Part shown: positions 1 to 8,449 of the stretch, piece by piece
How positions within the stretch are numbered: the first letter of the stretch is position 1
Layout: every line of letters starts with the position of its first letter
Assembly (NCBI GenBank): GCA_965228045.1
Contig: OZ245789.1
Location: 3,522,616 to 3,586,615 of the forward strand
DNA length: 64,000 nt
Direction: 5' to 3'
Source: Cyclobacteriaceae bacterium
GTDB taxonomy: Bacteria; Bacteroidota; Bacteroidia; Cytophagales; Cyclobacteriaceae
The notes under the pieces: generated by a model
What the model saw: only the letters and a program-made list of their open reading frames with translations
What the model was told of the DNA's origin: nothing
The model's database searches: none
Translations under genes and position numbers: made by a program

Positions 1-1
1 T

Positions 2-83
2 GTTTGGAACAGGAGCAGTGGTCTTCTTGCTGACTGTGCTGGTGGTAGTTAAAGGGGCAAGAGAAAAAGAAATCCAATCCTGA
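2..83 (+). CDS. 3' end of a small hydrophobic ORF (partial, starts before the window)
   Basis: Frame is open from the window edge (...FGTGAVVFLLTVLVVVKGAREKEIQS*). Its TGA overlaps the ATG of the next gene (TGATG, 81-85). Confidence 0.3.
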   Translation, partial: FGTGAVVFLLTVLVVVKGAREKEIQS

Positions 84-1510
84 TGGTTGACCAGACTTAT
101 ATTGTTTCTCCAACCGTTGGTTGGATTTTACTGGCTACCCTGAGTGTCCTGTGGATTCTGCTTGGAATTTACTGGGGACGAAAAGCCAAAAACATGGAAG
201 GCTTCATGTTAGCAGGAAGAAATGTCGGGTTGGCATTTGGTGCCGCTACGGCAATGGCTACCTGGGTTACTTCCAACACCACCATGCTGGCTCCCCAGTT
301 CGCCCTGGAACTCGGTATCTGGGGTATGATTGCCTATTCCACCGCATCATTTGGATTGTTCCTGTTTGCGCCACTTGCCAAAAGAATAAGACACCTGATG
401 CCGGAAGGCTACACCAGTGGAGATTTTATACGACTGAGATACGGTAAAATTCCATGGCTTATCTTCCTGGCTATCAGTATTTTCTACGGATTTACATGGC
501 TTATAAGCATGGGCATGGCCGGAGGGATTCTGATGAACGCCATTGCAGGTATACCCTACCAGATCGGCATGACCGTAATTCTGACCGTATGCGTCATTTA
601 CACGCTTTTCGGTGGACTCTATGCTGTGATTGGTACTGACTATATTCAATCGCTGCTGATCCTGATCGGCATCGTGATAGTAGGGATCGGGGTTATAACC
701 CAAATAGACTTCTCAACCATTCATATGAACGTCCTGGATGAGAAGCCAATGTTGTTGAATGCTTTGATGCCTGCGGCACTCATGGCGATCTTCAATAATC
801 TGCTTTTCGGTCTGGGAGAGGTTTTTCATAGCAATGTATGGTGGAGCCGTGCATTCGCCATGCGAAAAAATATAGGTAGCAAGGCCTACACCCTTGCAGG
901 ATTCTTCTGGTTCCCTGTTCCTATCGCCGCGGGCTTCATCGCATTAACCAGTGGATCACTCGGAATCAACATTACCAGCCCGGATATGGTCGGTCCGCTT
1001 GTATCTGCCCATGTACTGGGCCAGGCCGGTGCTGTCATTGTATTTGCAGTGTTCTTTTGCTCACTCGCATCTAGTATTGACAGCCTGCTGGCAGCAACAG
1101 CAGACTTGATCACGGAAGATATTTACCGAAAACTGATCAAACCTGATGCCACAGAAAAATCATTAAGAAAAATGTCATCCAGGATCATCATAGGGTTGGG
1201 GGTGTTAGCATGGCTTGTCTGCCTGCCGAGAGTAGGTACGCTGGCTACCGTTTTGTTTTTTGCGGGGCCGATGGTAGGAAGCACTATTTGGCCGATAGCC
1301 ACAGGTCTTTTCTGGAAGAAGGCTAATGCCAAAGGCGCGCTCTGGGGTATGGTACTGGGAACATCCATCGGACTGATCTGTTATTTCCAACTCGGTTGGT
1401 ATACAGCATCACTGATTGGAGCGGCTGTTTCCATGATTACGGTAGTGGTCTTTACGCAACTGTATCCGGATGATTTTGATTGGAATAACCTAAACGAGTC
1501 TCACGCATGA
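83..1510 (+). CDS. sodium:solute symporter (SSS/SSF family) transporter
   Basis: 475-aa polytopic ORF. N-terminal GRKAKNMEGFMLAGRNVG motif and overall helix pattern are typical of SSF transporters. Confidence 0.85.
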   Translation: MVDQTYIVSPTVGWILLATLSVLWILLGIYWGRKAKNMEGFMLAGRNVGLAFGAATAMATWVTSNTTMLAPQFALELGIWGMIAYSTASFGLFLFAPLAKRIRHLMPEGYTSGDFIRLRYGKIPWLIFLAISIFYGFTWLISMGMAGGILMNAIAGIPYQIGMTVILTVCVIYTLFGGLYAVIGTDYIQSLLILIGIVIVGIGVITQIDFSTIHMNVLDEKPMLLNALMPAALMAIFNNLLFGLGEVFHSNVWWSRAFAMRKNIGSKAYTLAGFFWFPVPIAAGFIALTSGSLGINITSPDMVGPLVSAHVLGQAGAVIVFAVFFCSLASSIDSLLAATADLITEDIYRKLIKPDATEKSLRKMSSRIIIGLGVLAWLVCLPRVGTLATVLFFAGPMVGSTIWPIATGLFWKKANAKGALWGMVLGTSIGLICYFQLGWYTASLIGAAVSMITVVVFTQLYPDDFDWNNLNESHA

Positions 1511-1638
1511 AAACAGCATTTTTTCCTGAGAGTTTTCTGAGCATTCTGGTGGTGAGCGCCCTCATTGGGATTAGCATCGCTGTGGTTGTATTACTGGTTT
1601 TGCTTATCAAAGACATTAAATCCGACAAACTATGGTAG
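1507..1638 (+). CDS. small single-pass membrane protein (43 aa), translationally coupled
   Basis: Not in the ORF track (<60 aa). ATGA overlap with the symporter stop. Peptide MKTAFFPESFLSILVVSALIGISIAVVVLLVLLIKDIKSDKLW. Its stop overlaps the next gene's start by 7 nt. Confidence 0.4.
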   Translation: MKTAFFPESFLSILVVSALIGISIAVVVLLVLLIKDIKSDKLW

Positions 1639-2720
1639 GAGGAAAATTCAACCCAAAAGAGAATTTATTGTCAAAGGATCCTCTGGAGTCCAATGGTCTT
1701 CATCCGGATCCTGAAAAGCTTCTGGAGGAGCGCACGATTAATACGGAGATCCTGAAAAAATTAACAGGGCAAAGTATCCTGTCTGTGGATCAGTTTGACA
1801 AACAACTTGTGCTGGAAATCTGCAAGTTCGCTGCCCTTCTGGAGAGCACGGAGATTGCAAAGAGTCACCCCCTTGACGGTAAAATCGTGATCACCGCATT
1901 CTTCGAAGCCAGTACCAGGACCAGGATATCTTTTGAAAGTGCAGTGCTGAGGCTGGATGGTAAAATCATCAGTATTCCGGAAGGAAGTACCACCGGTCAG
2001 GCAAAAGGCGAGTCCCTTTCTGATATAGGCGAAATGTTCAATGCATACGCAGACTGCGTGGTAATGCGACATGGAGAAACAGATGCGCTGGATGAAATTA
2101 TGCAGAATCTTCGCATACCGCTTATCAATGCAGGAAATGGATCGGGTGAGCATCCCACACAGGCCCTTACCGACTGGTTTGCCATCCTAAAATGGAAGCC
2201 GGCTATCATGGATACGCTACCTCCTGAAGAGAAAATTCACCTCGGGATCCTGGGTACACCCGGAAGCATGCGTGCCGTCAACAGCTTTTTACGTATGTCA
2301 TTCCTGTTCAAGGAAAATATCAAACAAATTTCCATTGTATCCGAAATGGCAGATCCTCTCGGGGAGGAATTGACTAATAGGGTTAAAAAGTCAGGGATTG
2401 AGGTTCTTATCACTAATGATGTGAACGACGTAGTCGAAGATCTGGATGCCCTGTATATGAACTCAATAGCTTTCCTTGGCGACAGTTACAAATCACTCGA
2501 TTCCAGGTTCAAGCTCAACGAAAAAACTAAACTGAAAGAAGATGCGGTAGTGCTTCATCCATTGGCCAGGCTTGACGAACTGGATCCTATGCTGGATGGA
2601 ACTCACCATAATTTGTATTTCACACAAGCACACGGAGCTGTCTTCGTAAGACAGGCTCTTTTTATTTCGGTTTTGAACCGATTCAATCATTTACCAAAAG
2701 ATCAAATCAGAATAGCATAA
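1632..2720 (+). CDS. aspartate/ornithine carbamoyltransferase-family enzyme (ATCase-like, substrate uncertain)
   Basis: Carbamoyl-phosphate motif FFEASTRTRISFE, HPTQAL motif and LHPLARL (the HPLPR equivalent). The region aligning by eye to the PyrB YMTRVQ Asp-binding segment reads YMNSIA. Confidence 0.8.
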   Translation: MVGGKFNPKENLLSKDPLESNGLHPDPEKLLEERTINTEILKKLTGQSILSVDQFDKQLVLEICKFAALLESTEIAKSHPLDGKIVITAFFEASTRTRISFESAVLRLDGKIISIPEGSTTGQAKGESLSDIGEMFNAYADCVVMRHGETDALDEIMQNLRIPLINAGNGSGEHPTQALTDWFAILKWKPAIMDTLPPEEKIHLGILGTPGSMRAVNSFLRMSFLFKENIKQISIVSEMADPLGEELTNRVKKSGIEVLITNDVNDVVEDLDALYMNSIAFLGDSYKSLDSRFKLNEKTKLKEDAVVLHPLARLDELDPMLDGTHHNLYFTQAHGAVFVRQALFISVLNRFNHLPKDQIRIA

Positions 2721-4714
2721 TGTGCGGAATAACCGGATATTGGAAAAATAGCAGGCTGGAGCCAAATGCAGCGGAGATCCTGGCAAACATGACAGCCACT
2801 TTATACCATAGGGGGCCGGATGGATATGGGTACCACCAGGATAATGATCATGGTCTCGCCATGGGTCATGCCAGGTTGTCCATCATTGACTTGAACACCG
2901 GTGATCAGCCCCTTTTCAGCACAGACAATAAGAAAGTACTGACTGTGAATGGCGAGTTCTACGATTACAAAAGGATTAGAACCAACCTGAGGCTCGATGG
3001 ATTCCAGTTTCGCACAAAAAGTGATAGCGAAATAGCGCTTCCACTTTACGAAAAACACGGGCTTGAATTTATTGATCACTTGCGGGGAGAATTTGCCGGT
3101 GTGCTCCACGATACCACAAAAAACCGAACCATCCTTTTCCGGGACCGTTTTGGGATCAAACCGCTCTTCTACCACATCAAAAACGGAAATGTTTTCTGGG
3201 GGTCTGAGATAAAATCTCTTTTTGCACACCCCGAAGTACCCAGAGCTTTTGACAATAAGGCCCTGGTACATCAATTGATGCACACCATGGTACCCGGCAC
3301 AAGCGCATTTTCAGAAATTCATGCTTTAAAACCCGGCCACATGCTGATCCTTGACAGAAAAGGTGATAGCCTGGAGGTAACTGAAAAAACCTACTGGGAC
3401 ATGGATTTTCCGGAGGAGGATGCCCGTGATCTTAGCAAAACCGAAGATTACCATATCGGACGGGTGCAGGATGAACTGCTCAAGGCTGTGGAATTTCGCC
3501 TGGAAGCGGATGTTCCTGTGGGCTGTTACTTGTCAGGAGGTATCGACAGCTGCTCGATGTTGGGACTTGCTTCGTCCATGCAACAATCTCCGGTAAAGGC
3601 GTTTACGATCAGTTTTGACAACAAAGACTACGACGAGGCACACATCGCCCGCGAGATGGCAGAAAAAGTTAACGCCGACCAGGACCAGATCAACCTGTCA
3701 GCCACGGAACTGTATGGGGACAACTACATCAAAACCCTATGGCATGCGGAAAGAACCTTCTACAATACCCTTGGCGTAGCCAAATGGTGCATGAGTCGCA
3801 GGGTGAATGAATCCGGATACCGTGTGGTGGTTACTGGAGAAGGTTCTGATGAGCTTTTTGGGGGCTACCCTCAGTTTAAAAGGGATATGCTGCGCTTCGG
3901 ATACCAGAAGATGGAAGAAGGTGGCGCCCATAGCAAGGAGGAGGTCAAGAGCTACCAGGAGCTCATGGAGAAGACCAACAAGATATTTAAGGGTGCTATT
4001 CTTTCCGAGGAACAGATCACGCACCCAGCCATGGAGAGCATATGTGGGTTTACACCCTCATGGATACAACCCTGGATGCACACACTGGAGATCGCCCGCC
4101 CGTTATTGCATGACGACATACTCGATGATATTAAAGACTATGATCCTATTGAGGCGATTGCAAACTCCTTTGACAAGACACAGTTGGATGGACGCCATGT
4201 CCTGGATAAGGCCCAATATACCTGGAGTAAGACGATGCTCGAGTGTCAAATCCTCAACTGGGGCGGTGACAGGGTGGACATGGCCAATTCCATGGAATCA
4301 AGACCAGCATTCCTTGACCATCATGTGGCGGAAATGGCCCGCGACATCCCCCCTCACCTGAGAATTCACGGAAACACAGAGAAATGGGTACTAAGGGAAG
4401 CCATGAAAAATGTATTGCCAACCGTACTTTATGAACGCGAAAAATTTGCCTTCATGTCCCCTCCGGCTCACACGGAGAAAAAGAAGAAACTAGCATTAGA
4501 TGCGCTGATGGACCAGTTTATGAACGACTCTGCGGTGCAGGAAGCCGGAATATTTGATCCGGCTCGTCTAAAGACTTTTATTAATGACTACAAAAACGAC
4601 ACAGATCCGGTATCGTTAGTCCGTAAGGACGCGCTTATCAATCATTTACTTGGACTGCAGATCCTGAATGAACAATTCATCAAGGATCCATTAAAGGTCC
4701 CCAGCCCCACATGA
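2720..4714 (+). CDS. asparagine synthetase B-family glutamine-dependent amidotransferase
   Basis: Starts MCGITGYW (Ntn Cys2 nucleophile). PP-loop CYLSGGIDSC. 664 aa. Start overlaps the upstream stop (TAATG). Confidence 0.85.
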   Translation: MCGITGYWKNSRLEPNAAEILANMTATLYHRGPDGYGYHQDNDHGLAMGHARLSIIDLNTGDQPLFSTDNKKVLTVNGEFYDYKRIRTNLRLDGFQFRTKSDSEIALPLYEKHGLEFIDHLRGEFAGVLHDTTKNRTILFRDRFGIKPLFYHIKNGNVFWGSEIKSLFAHPEVPRAFDNKALVHQLMHTMVPGTSAFSEIHALKPGHMLILDRKGDSLEVTEKTYWDMDFPEEDARDLSKTEDYHIGRVQDELLKAVEFRLEADVPVGCYLSGGIDSCSMLGLASSMQQSPVKAFTISFDNKDYDEAHIAREMAEKVNADQDQINLSATELYGDNYIKTLWHAERTFYNTLGVAKWCMSRRVNESGYRVVVTGEGSDELFGGYPQFKRDMLRFGYQKMEEGGAHSKEEVKSYQELMEKTNKIFKGAILSEEQITHPAMESICGFTPSWIQPWMHTLEIARPLLHDDILDDIKDYDPIEAIANSFDKTQLDGRHVLDKAQYTWSKTMLECQILNWGGDRVDMANSMESRPAFLDHHVAEMARDIPPHLRIHGNTEKWVLREAMKNVLPTVLYEREKFAFMSPPAHTEKKKKLALDALMDQFMNDSAVQEAGIFDPARLKTFINDYKNDTDPVSLVRKDALINHLLGLQILNEQFIKDPLKVPSPT

Positions 4715-4775
4715 TTGAGATACTTAGGGTCCAACATTCCCATCTTTTTACAATCAAACCAAAATTATCAAACTT

Positions 4776-5591
4776 ATGGATGACAAACATTTACTAAACT
4801 TAAAAGACCAGGATTACGGGGAAAACCCCACCGAGGTCAGAGAAACCGAAAAATATAAGGAGGAGTATGTTCAGTCCTTTGTTGAGAAATGGGATGAACT
4901 AATCGACTGGGATGCCCGAAACAAAGGTGAAGAAGGCTTTTTCATCCGGGCACTTAAGGAAAAAAAGAAGCAAAAAATTCTCGATGTGGCCACTGGTACA
5001 GGATACCACACCATTCAACTTCTGAGAGAAGGATTTGATGTATGGAGTGGAGACGGTAGTCCAAATATGCTGGCCAAGGCATTTGAAAATGGTAGAAAAA
5101 GAGGATTTATCCTGAAAACCATGCAGGCAGACTGGAGAGAATTGAATAAAACAATATCTGGCCGATTTGATGCGGTTATCTGCCTGGGTAATTCATTCAC
5201 ACACCTTCACGACGAAAATGACAGAAGGAAAGCACTTGCAGAGTTCTACAGCGCATTGAAGTATAATGGTATCCTTATCCTTGATCACAGGAATTACGAT
5301 TCAATCCTGGATAATGGCTTCAGTTCAAAACATACCTATTACTATGCTGGCGATGAGGTGAAAGCCGAGCCTGAATATGTGGACGAAGGATTGGCCAGGT
5401 TCCAGTATGAGTTCCCGGACAAATCAAAGTACCACCTCAACATGTTCCCACTGAGAAAACAGTACATGACAAATCTCATGCAAGAGGTGGGGTTTCAGAA
5501 CATTGAGACCTATGGAGATTTCCAGGAAACGTATAAAACCGATGATCCTGATTTCTTTATTCACATAGCACATAAAGAATATCAAAAGTAA
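4776..5591 (+). CDS. glycine/sarcosine N-methyltransferase (GSMT)
   Basis: DYGENPTEVR, VEKWDELIDW, SAM motif ILDVATGTGYH, FDAVICLGNSFTHL and HTYYYAGDEVKAEPEYVDEGLARF all match what I recall of halophile GSMT/GNMT. Confidence 0.8.
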   Translation: MDDKHLLNLKDQDYGENPTEVRETEKYKEEYVQSFVEKWDELIDWDARNKGEEGFFIRALKEKKKQKILDVATGTGYHTIQLLREGFDVWSGDGSPNMLAKAFENGRKRGFILKTMQADWRELNKTISGRFDAVICLGNSFTHLHDENDRRKALAEFYSALKYNGILILDHRNYDSILDNGFSSKHTYYYAGDEVKAEPEYVDEGLARFQYEFPDKSKYHLNMFPLRKQYMTNLMQEVGFQNIETYGDFQETYKTDDPDFFIHIAHKEYQK

Positions 5592-5595
5592 GAAT

Positions 5596-6426
5596 ATGAG
5601 CGAACAGGAAGTAACTGATATTACCAAGGACTATTATGACAGCAAAAGCGCGGATGAGTTTTACAACCTAGTTTGGGGTGGTGAAGACATCCACGTTGGA
5701 TTATATGAAGATGGCTTATCCATCTCAGATGCCAGCAAGAAGACTGTACACACAATGGCCACTATGCTTAGCAACCTCGGTCCTGACTCCAGGGTACTGG
5801 ATGTCGGTGCCGGATATGGAGGGGCTGCCCGTCAAGTAGTAAGAAATTTTGGTCCTCATTTTACGTGTCTAAACCTCAGTGAGGTTGAAAACAAGCGTAA
5901 CGAACAAAAAAACGAAGAACAAAACCTGGCTGATAAAATCGATGTGGTACAGGGAGATTTTGAAAACCTGCCCTTCGAAGACAACAGCTTCGACTTTATC
6001 TGGTCCGAAGACGCAATCCTTCATAGCGGCAATAAGCCAAAAGTCTTTGAAGAAATCTCAAGAGTCTTAAAACCTGGAGGAGAATTTATATTCACGGATC
6101 CGATGCAGAGCGACGATTGCCCTGATGGTGTTTTGGAGGATATCCTGGCTAGAATCCACCTTAAGCAGCTCGGCTCCGTGAAACTTTATCGCGAATTGGC
6201 TGCCAAGACAGGTATGAAGGAAGTGGAGATCAGAGAGATGCCAGAACAACTGGTAAATCACTATTCCTCCGTCCTTCGGGACCTTACGGCAAAGGAAGAT
6301 GCACTTCTCGAAAGGGATTGCGAGCAGGAATATATCGACCGAATGAAGGTTGGTCTCAATCACTGGATAGAAGGTGGTAAAAAAGGATACCTGAATTGGG
6401 GTATTCTTAAGTTCAGAAAATCCTAA
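5596..6426 (+). CDS. sarcosine/dimethylglycine N-methyltransferase (SDMT)
   Basis: DYYDSKSADEFYNLVWGGEDIHVGLY, VLDVGAGYGG, FTDPMQSDDCPDGVLEDILARIHL and RMKVGLNHWIEGGKKGYLNWGILKF match the SDMT family. Confidence 0.8.
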   Translation: MSEQEVTDITKDYYDSKSADEFYNLVWGGEDIHVGLYEDGLSISDASKKTVHTMATMLSNLGPDSRVLDVGAGYGGAARQVVRNFGPHFTCLNLSEVENKRNEQKNEEQNLADKIDVVQGDFENLPFEDNSFDFIWSEDAILHSGNKPKVFEEISRVLKPGGEFIFTDPMQSDDCPDGVLEDILARIHLKQLGSVKLYRELAAKTGMKEVEIREMPEQLVNHYSSVLRDLTAKEDALLERDCEQEYIDRMKVGLNHWIEGGKKGYLNWGILKFRKS

Positions 6427-6430
6427 GAAC

Positions 6431-7669
6431 ATGGCACTAAAGGTAAATTTCGAACGGCTAAAAGATAATATCAACGAGCTTGCCCAGATCGGTCGAAGAA
6501 CTGATGGTGGAATTTACCGCATGGCCTTTACCAGTGAGGAATACGAAGCCAGAAAGTGGCTGGAAAAGAAGCTTACTGAGATTGATGTTGAGGTCCAAAG
6601 AGATGGAGCATTAAACATCATTGGGAAGCTCCATAGTTCTTCAAATCAGGACAAACCGGCACTTGTGGTGGGTTCCCATATCGATACTGTCCCCAATGCC
6701 GGGGCCCTGGATGGAGCATTAGGTGTGCTGGTGGGCCTGGAGTGCCTTAATAGAATAAAGGAAGAAAATCCCGAACTAAAGGTACCCCTGGAACTGATCG
6801 CCTTCAGTGATGAAGAAGGTCGTTTTGGGGGGATGTTTGGTTCAAGAGCATTTTCGGGTCAGCTAAATCCTGGCATTATCGAAGAAGCTGCCGACCTGGA
6901 GGGAAAACATTTGACTGATGTGATCCAGGAACTTGGCTTTGACGCGCATCGCGCACTTGATGCTTCGCGTAACCGTGAAACGGTCAAGAGTTACCTGGAA
7001 TTGCACATCGAACAAGGTCCGGTTCTGGATACCGAAAATCTCTCCGTTGGTGTGGTTTCTGACATTACCGGGCTCTTCAAGTGGCAGGTACAACTAACTG
7101 GTAGCGCCAACCACGCAGGCACAACGCCCATGGAGTTGCGAAAGGATGCATTTATGGGACTCGCAGATTTTGCGCATGAAATCCCCAGGATCATTGATGA
7201 AAATGGCAGTGAATACTCCAGGATCACCATAGGTAATGTGACCTTACATCCGGGTTCAGCCAATACTGTTCCCGGCCAGGTGGACTTCAGTATAGACGCC
7301 CGTGACATTAGTGTAGATGTCATGAGAGAGCTGCAGGATGCTTGTCGCAAAGCCCTGTCGGCCATAGTCAGACGGCGACAACTTCGATTTGACTTCAATG
7401 AGGTGAGCTGGATCAATCCCGTGGCTTGTGAGCCGGATTTACAAAAAATCATAGAAAGTCAGGCCAAAAACCTCAAGTTGCCATACAAGGTAATGCCCAG
7501 TGGCGCAGCACATGACGCACAAATGATGGCACACATATCACCCATTGCAATGATTTTCGTTCCAAGTAAAAATGGCATCAGTCACTCGCCTCATGAGTGG
7601 ACAGATTGGCATCATATCGAAAGTGGTGCTAACTTGATGCTCAATACCATAATTGAAATCTGTAAATGA
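6431..7669 (+). CDS. M20-family N-carbamoyl-L-amino-acid / allantoate-type amidohydrolase
   Basis: GSHIDTVPNAGALDGALGV, FSDEEG and HAGTTPM motifs typical of the AmaB/AllC-type Zn hydrolases. 412 aa. Confidence 0.8.
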   Translation: MALKVNFERLKDNINELAQIGRRTDGGIYRMAFTSEEYEARKWLEKKLTEIDVEVQRDGALNIIGKLHSSSNQDKPALVVGSHIDTVPNAGALDGALGVLVGLECLNRIKEENPELKVPLELIAFSDEEGRFGGMFGSRAFSGQLNPGIIEEAADLEGKHLTDVIQELGFDAHRALDASRNRETVKSYLELHIEQGPVLDTENLSVGVVSDITGLFKWQVQLTGSANHAGTTPMELRKDAFMGLADFAHEIPRIIDENGSEYSRITIGNVTLHPGSANTVPGQVDFSIDARDISVDVMRELQDACRKALSAIVRRRQLRFDFNEVSWINPVACEPDLQKIIESQAKNLKLPYKVMPSGAAHDAQMMAHISPIAMIFVPSKNGISHSPHEWTDWHHIESGANLMLNTIIEICK

Positions 7670-8448
7670 AAGACTTCGATAAAAACTTACTTCCTGACGA
7701 TTCCCATGATCCGTTAAAAGAATACTATCGTCATATTGTAGATGATCAGTCGAAGGAACGACTGAAAATTATTTCCCATCACGGGGCAGCTCTCCTGATC
7801 ATTGATCTGCAATACCTGGATGCTGCAAGAGGATATGGAGTCTTTCATGATTTGACTTCATCTGGTATCCCTGAGGAGCAGCAGAAGTATTACTTTGATA
7901 CCCTGGAGGAACGAGTAATTCCTAATGTTCAGAGATTGCTCAAGGTTTTCCGTGAAAAAAAGATGGAGGTTATTCATACCAGGATCCAGGCACTTACCAA
8001 AGATGGCAGGGATCGAAGCAATGGCCATAAGCGACTGGACCTGCTGGCGGCACCCGGATCAAAAGAAGCTGAATTCTTACCAGAGGTTGCCCCAAAAGAG
8101 GATGAAATCATTATCAACAAAACCGCAAGCGGAGTTTTTTCATCGACCAATCTCAACTATGTTCTTCAGAACCTTCAAATCAATGAATTATTTGTTTGCG
8201 GAGTTTACACCAATGAGTGTGTTGAAACCACCATTCGCGATGCTTGTGACCTGGGTTACCTGGTTACGTTAGTAGAGGATGCCTGCACAACTGTGACTCC
8301 TGAATTACACCAGGGCGCGATCAACAGTCTTAGAAACCGATATGCTGCCGTGCAAAGTACGGATGATATCGAGAACTTATTCAGGGTCATAGAAGATCAC
8401 CCTCCAATACCCGGAGCTCCTACCATTAGCAGAAGCATCAAAATATAG
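7666..8448 (+). CDS. isochorismatase-family cysteine hydrolase (amidase-type)
   Basis: ATGA overlap with the upstream gene. ALLIIDLQ, NKTASGVFSST and the catalytic-Cys segment LFVCGVYTNECVETTIRDA. Confidence 0.8.
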   Translation: MKDFDKNLLPDDSHDPLKEYYRHIVDDQSKERLKIISHHGAALLIIDLQYLDAARGYGVFHDLTSSGIPEEQQKYYFDTLEERVIPNVQRLLKVFREKKMEVIHTRIQALTKDGRDRSNGHKRLDLLAAPGSKEAEFLPEVAPKEDEIIINKTASGVFSSTNLNYVLQNLQINELFVCGVYTNECVETTIRDACDLGYLVTLVEDACTTVTPELHQGAINSLRNRYAAVQSTDDIENLFRVIEDHPPIPGAPTISRSIKI

Positions 8449-8449
8449 A

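Noticed and set aside
3807-4361. 184-aa plus-strand ORF in another frame of the AsnB-like gene. Similar shadow ORFs overlap other long genes, for example 19052..19597, 19637..20122, 24368..24832, 43807..44331 and 45623..46087.
   Set aside because: These are alternative-frame or antisense shadows of well-supported genes. The Arg/Ser/Pro-rich, low-complexity peptides are typical of non-coding frames.
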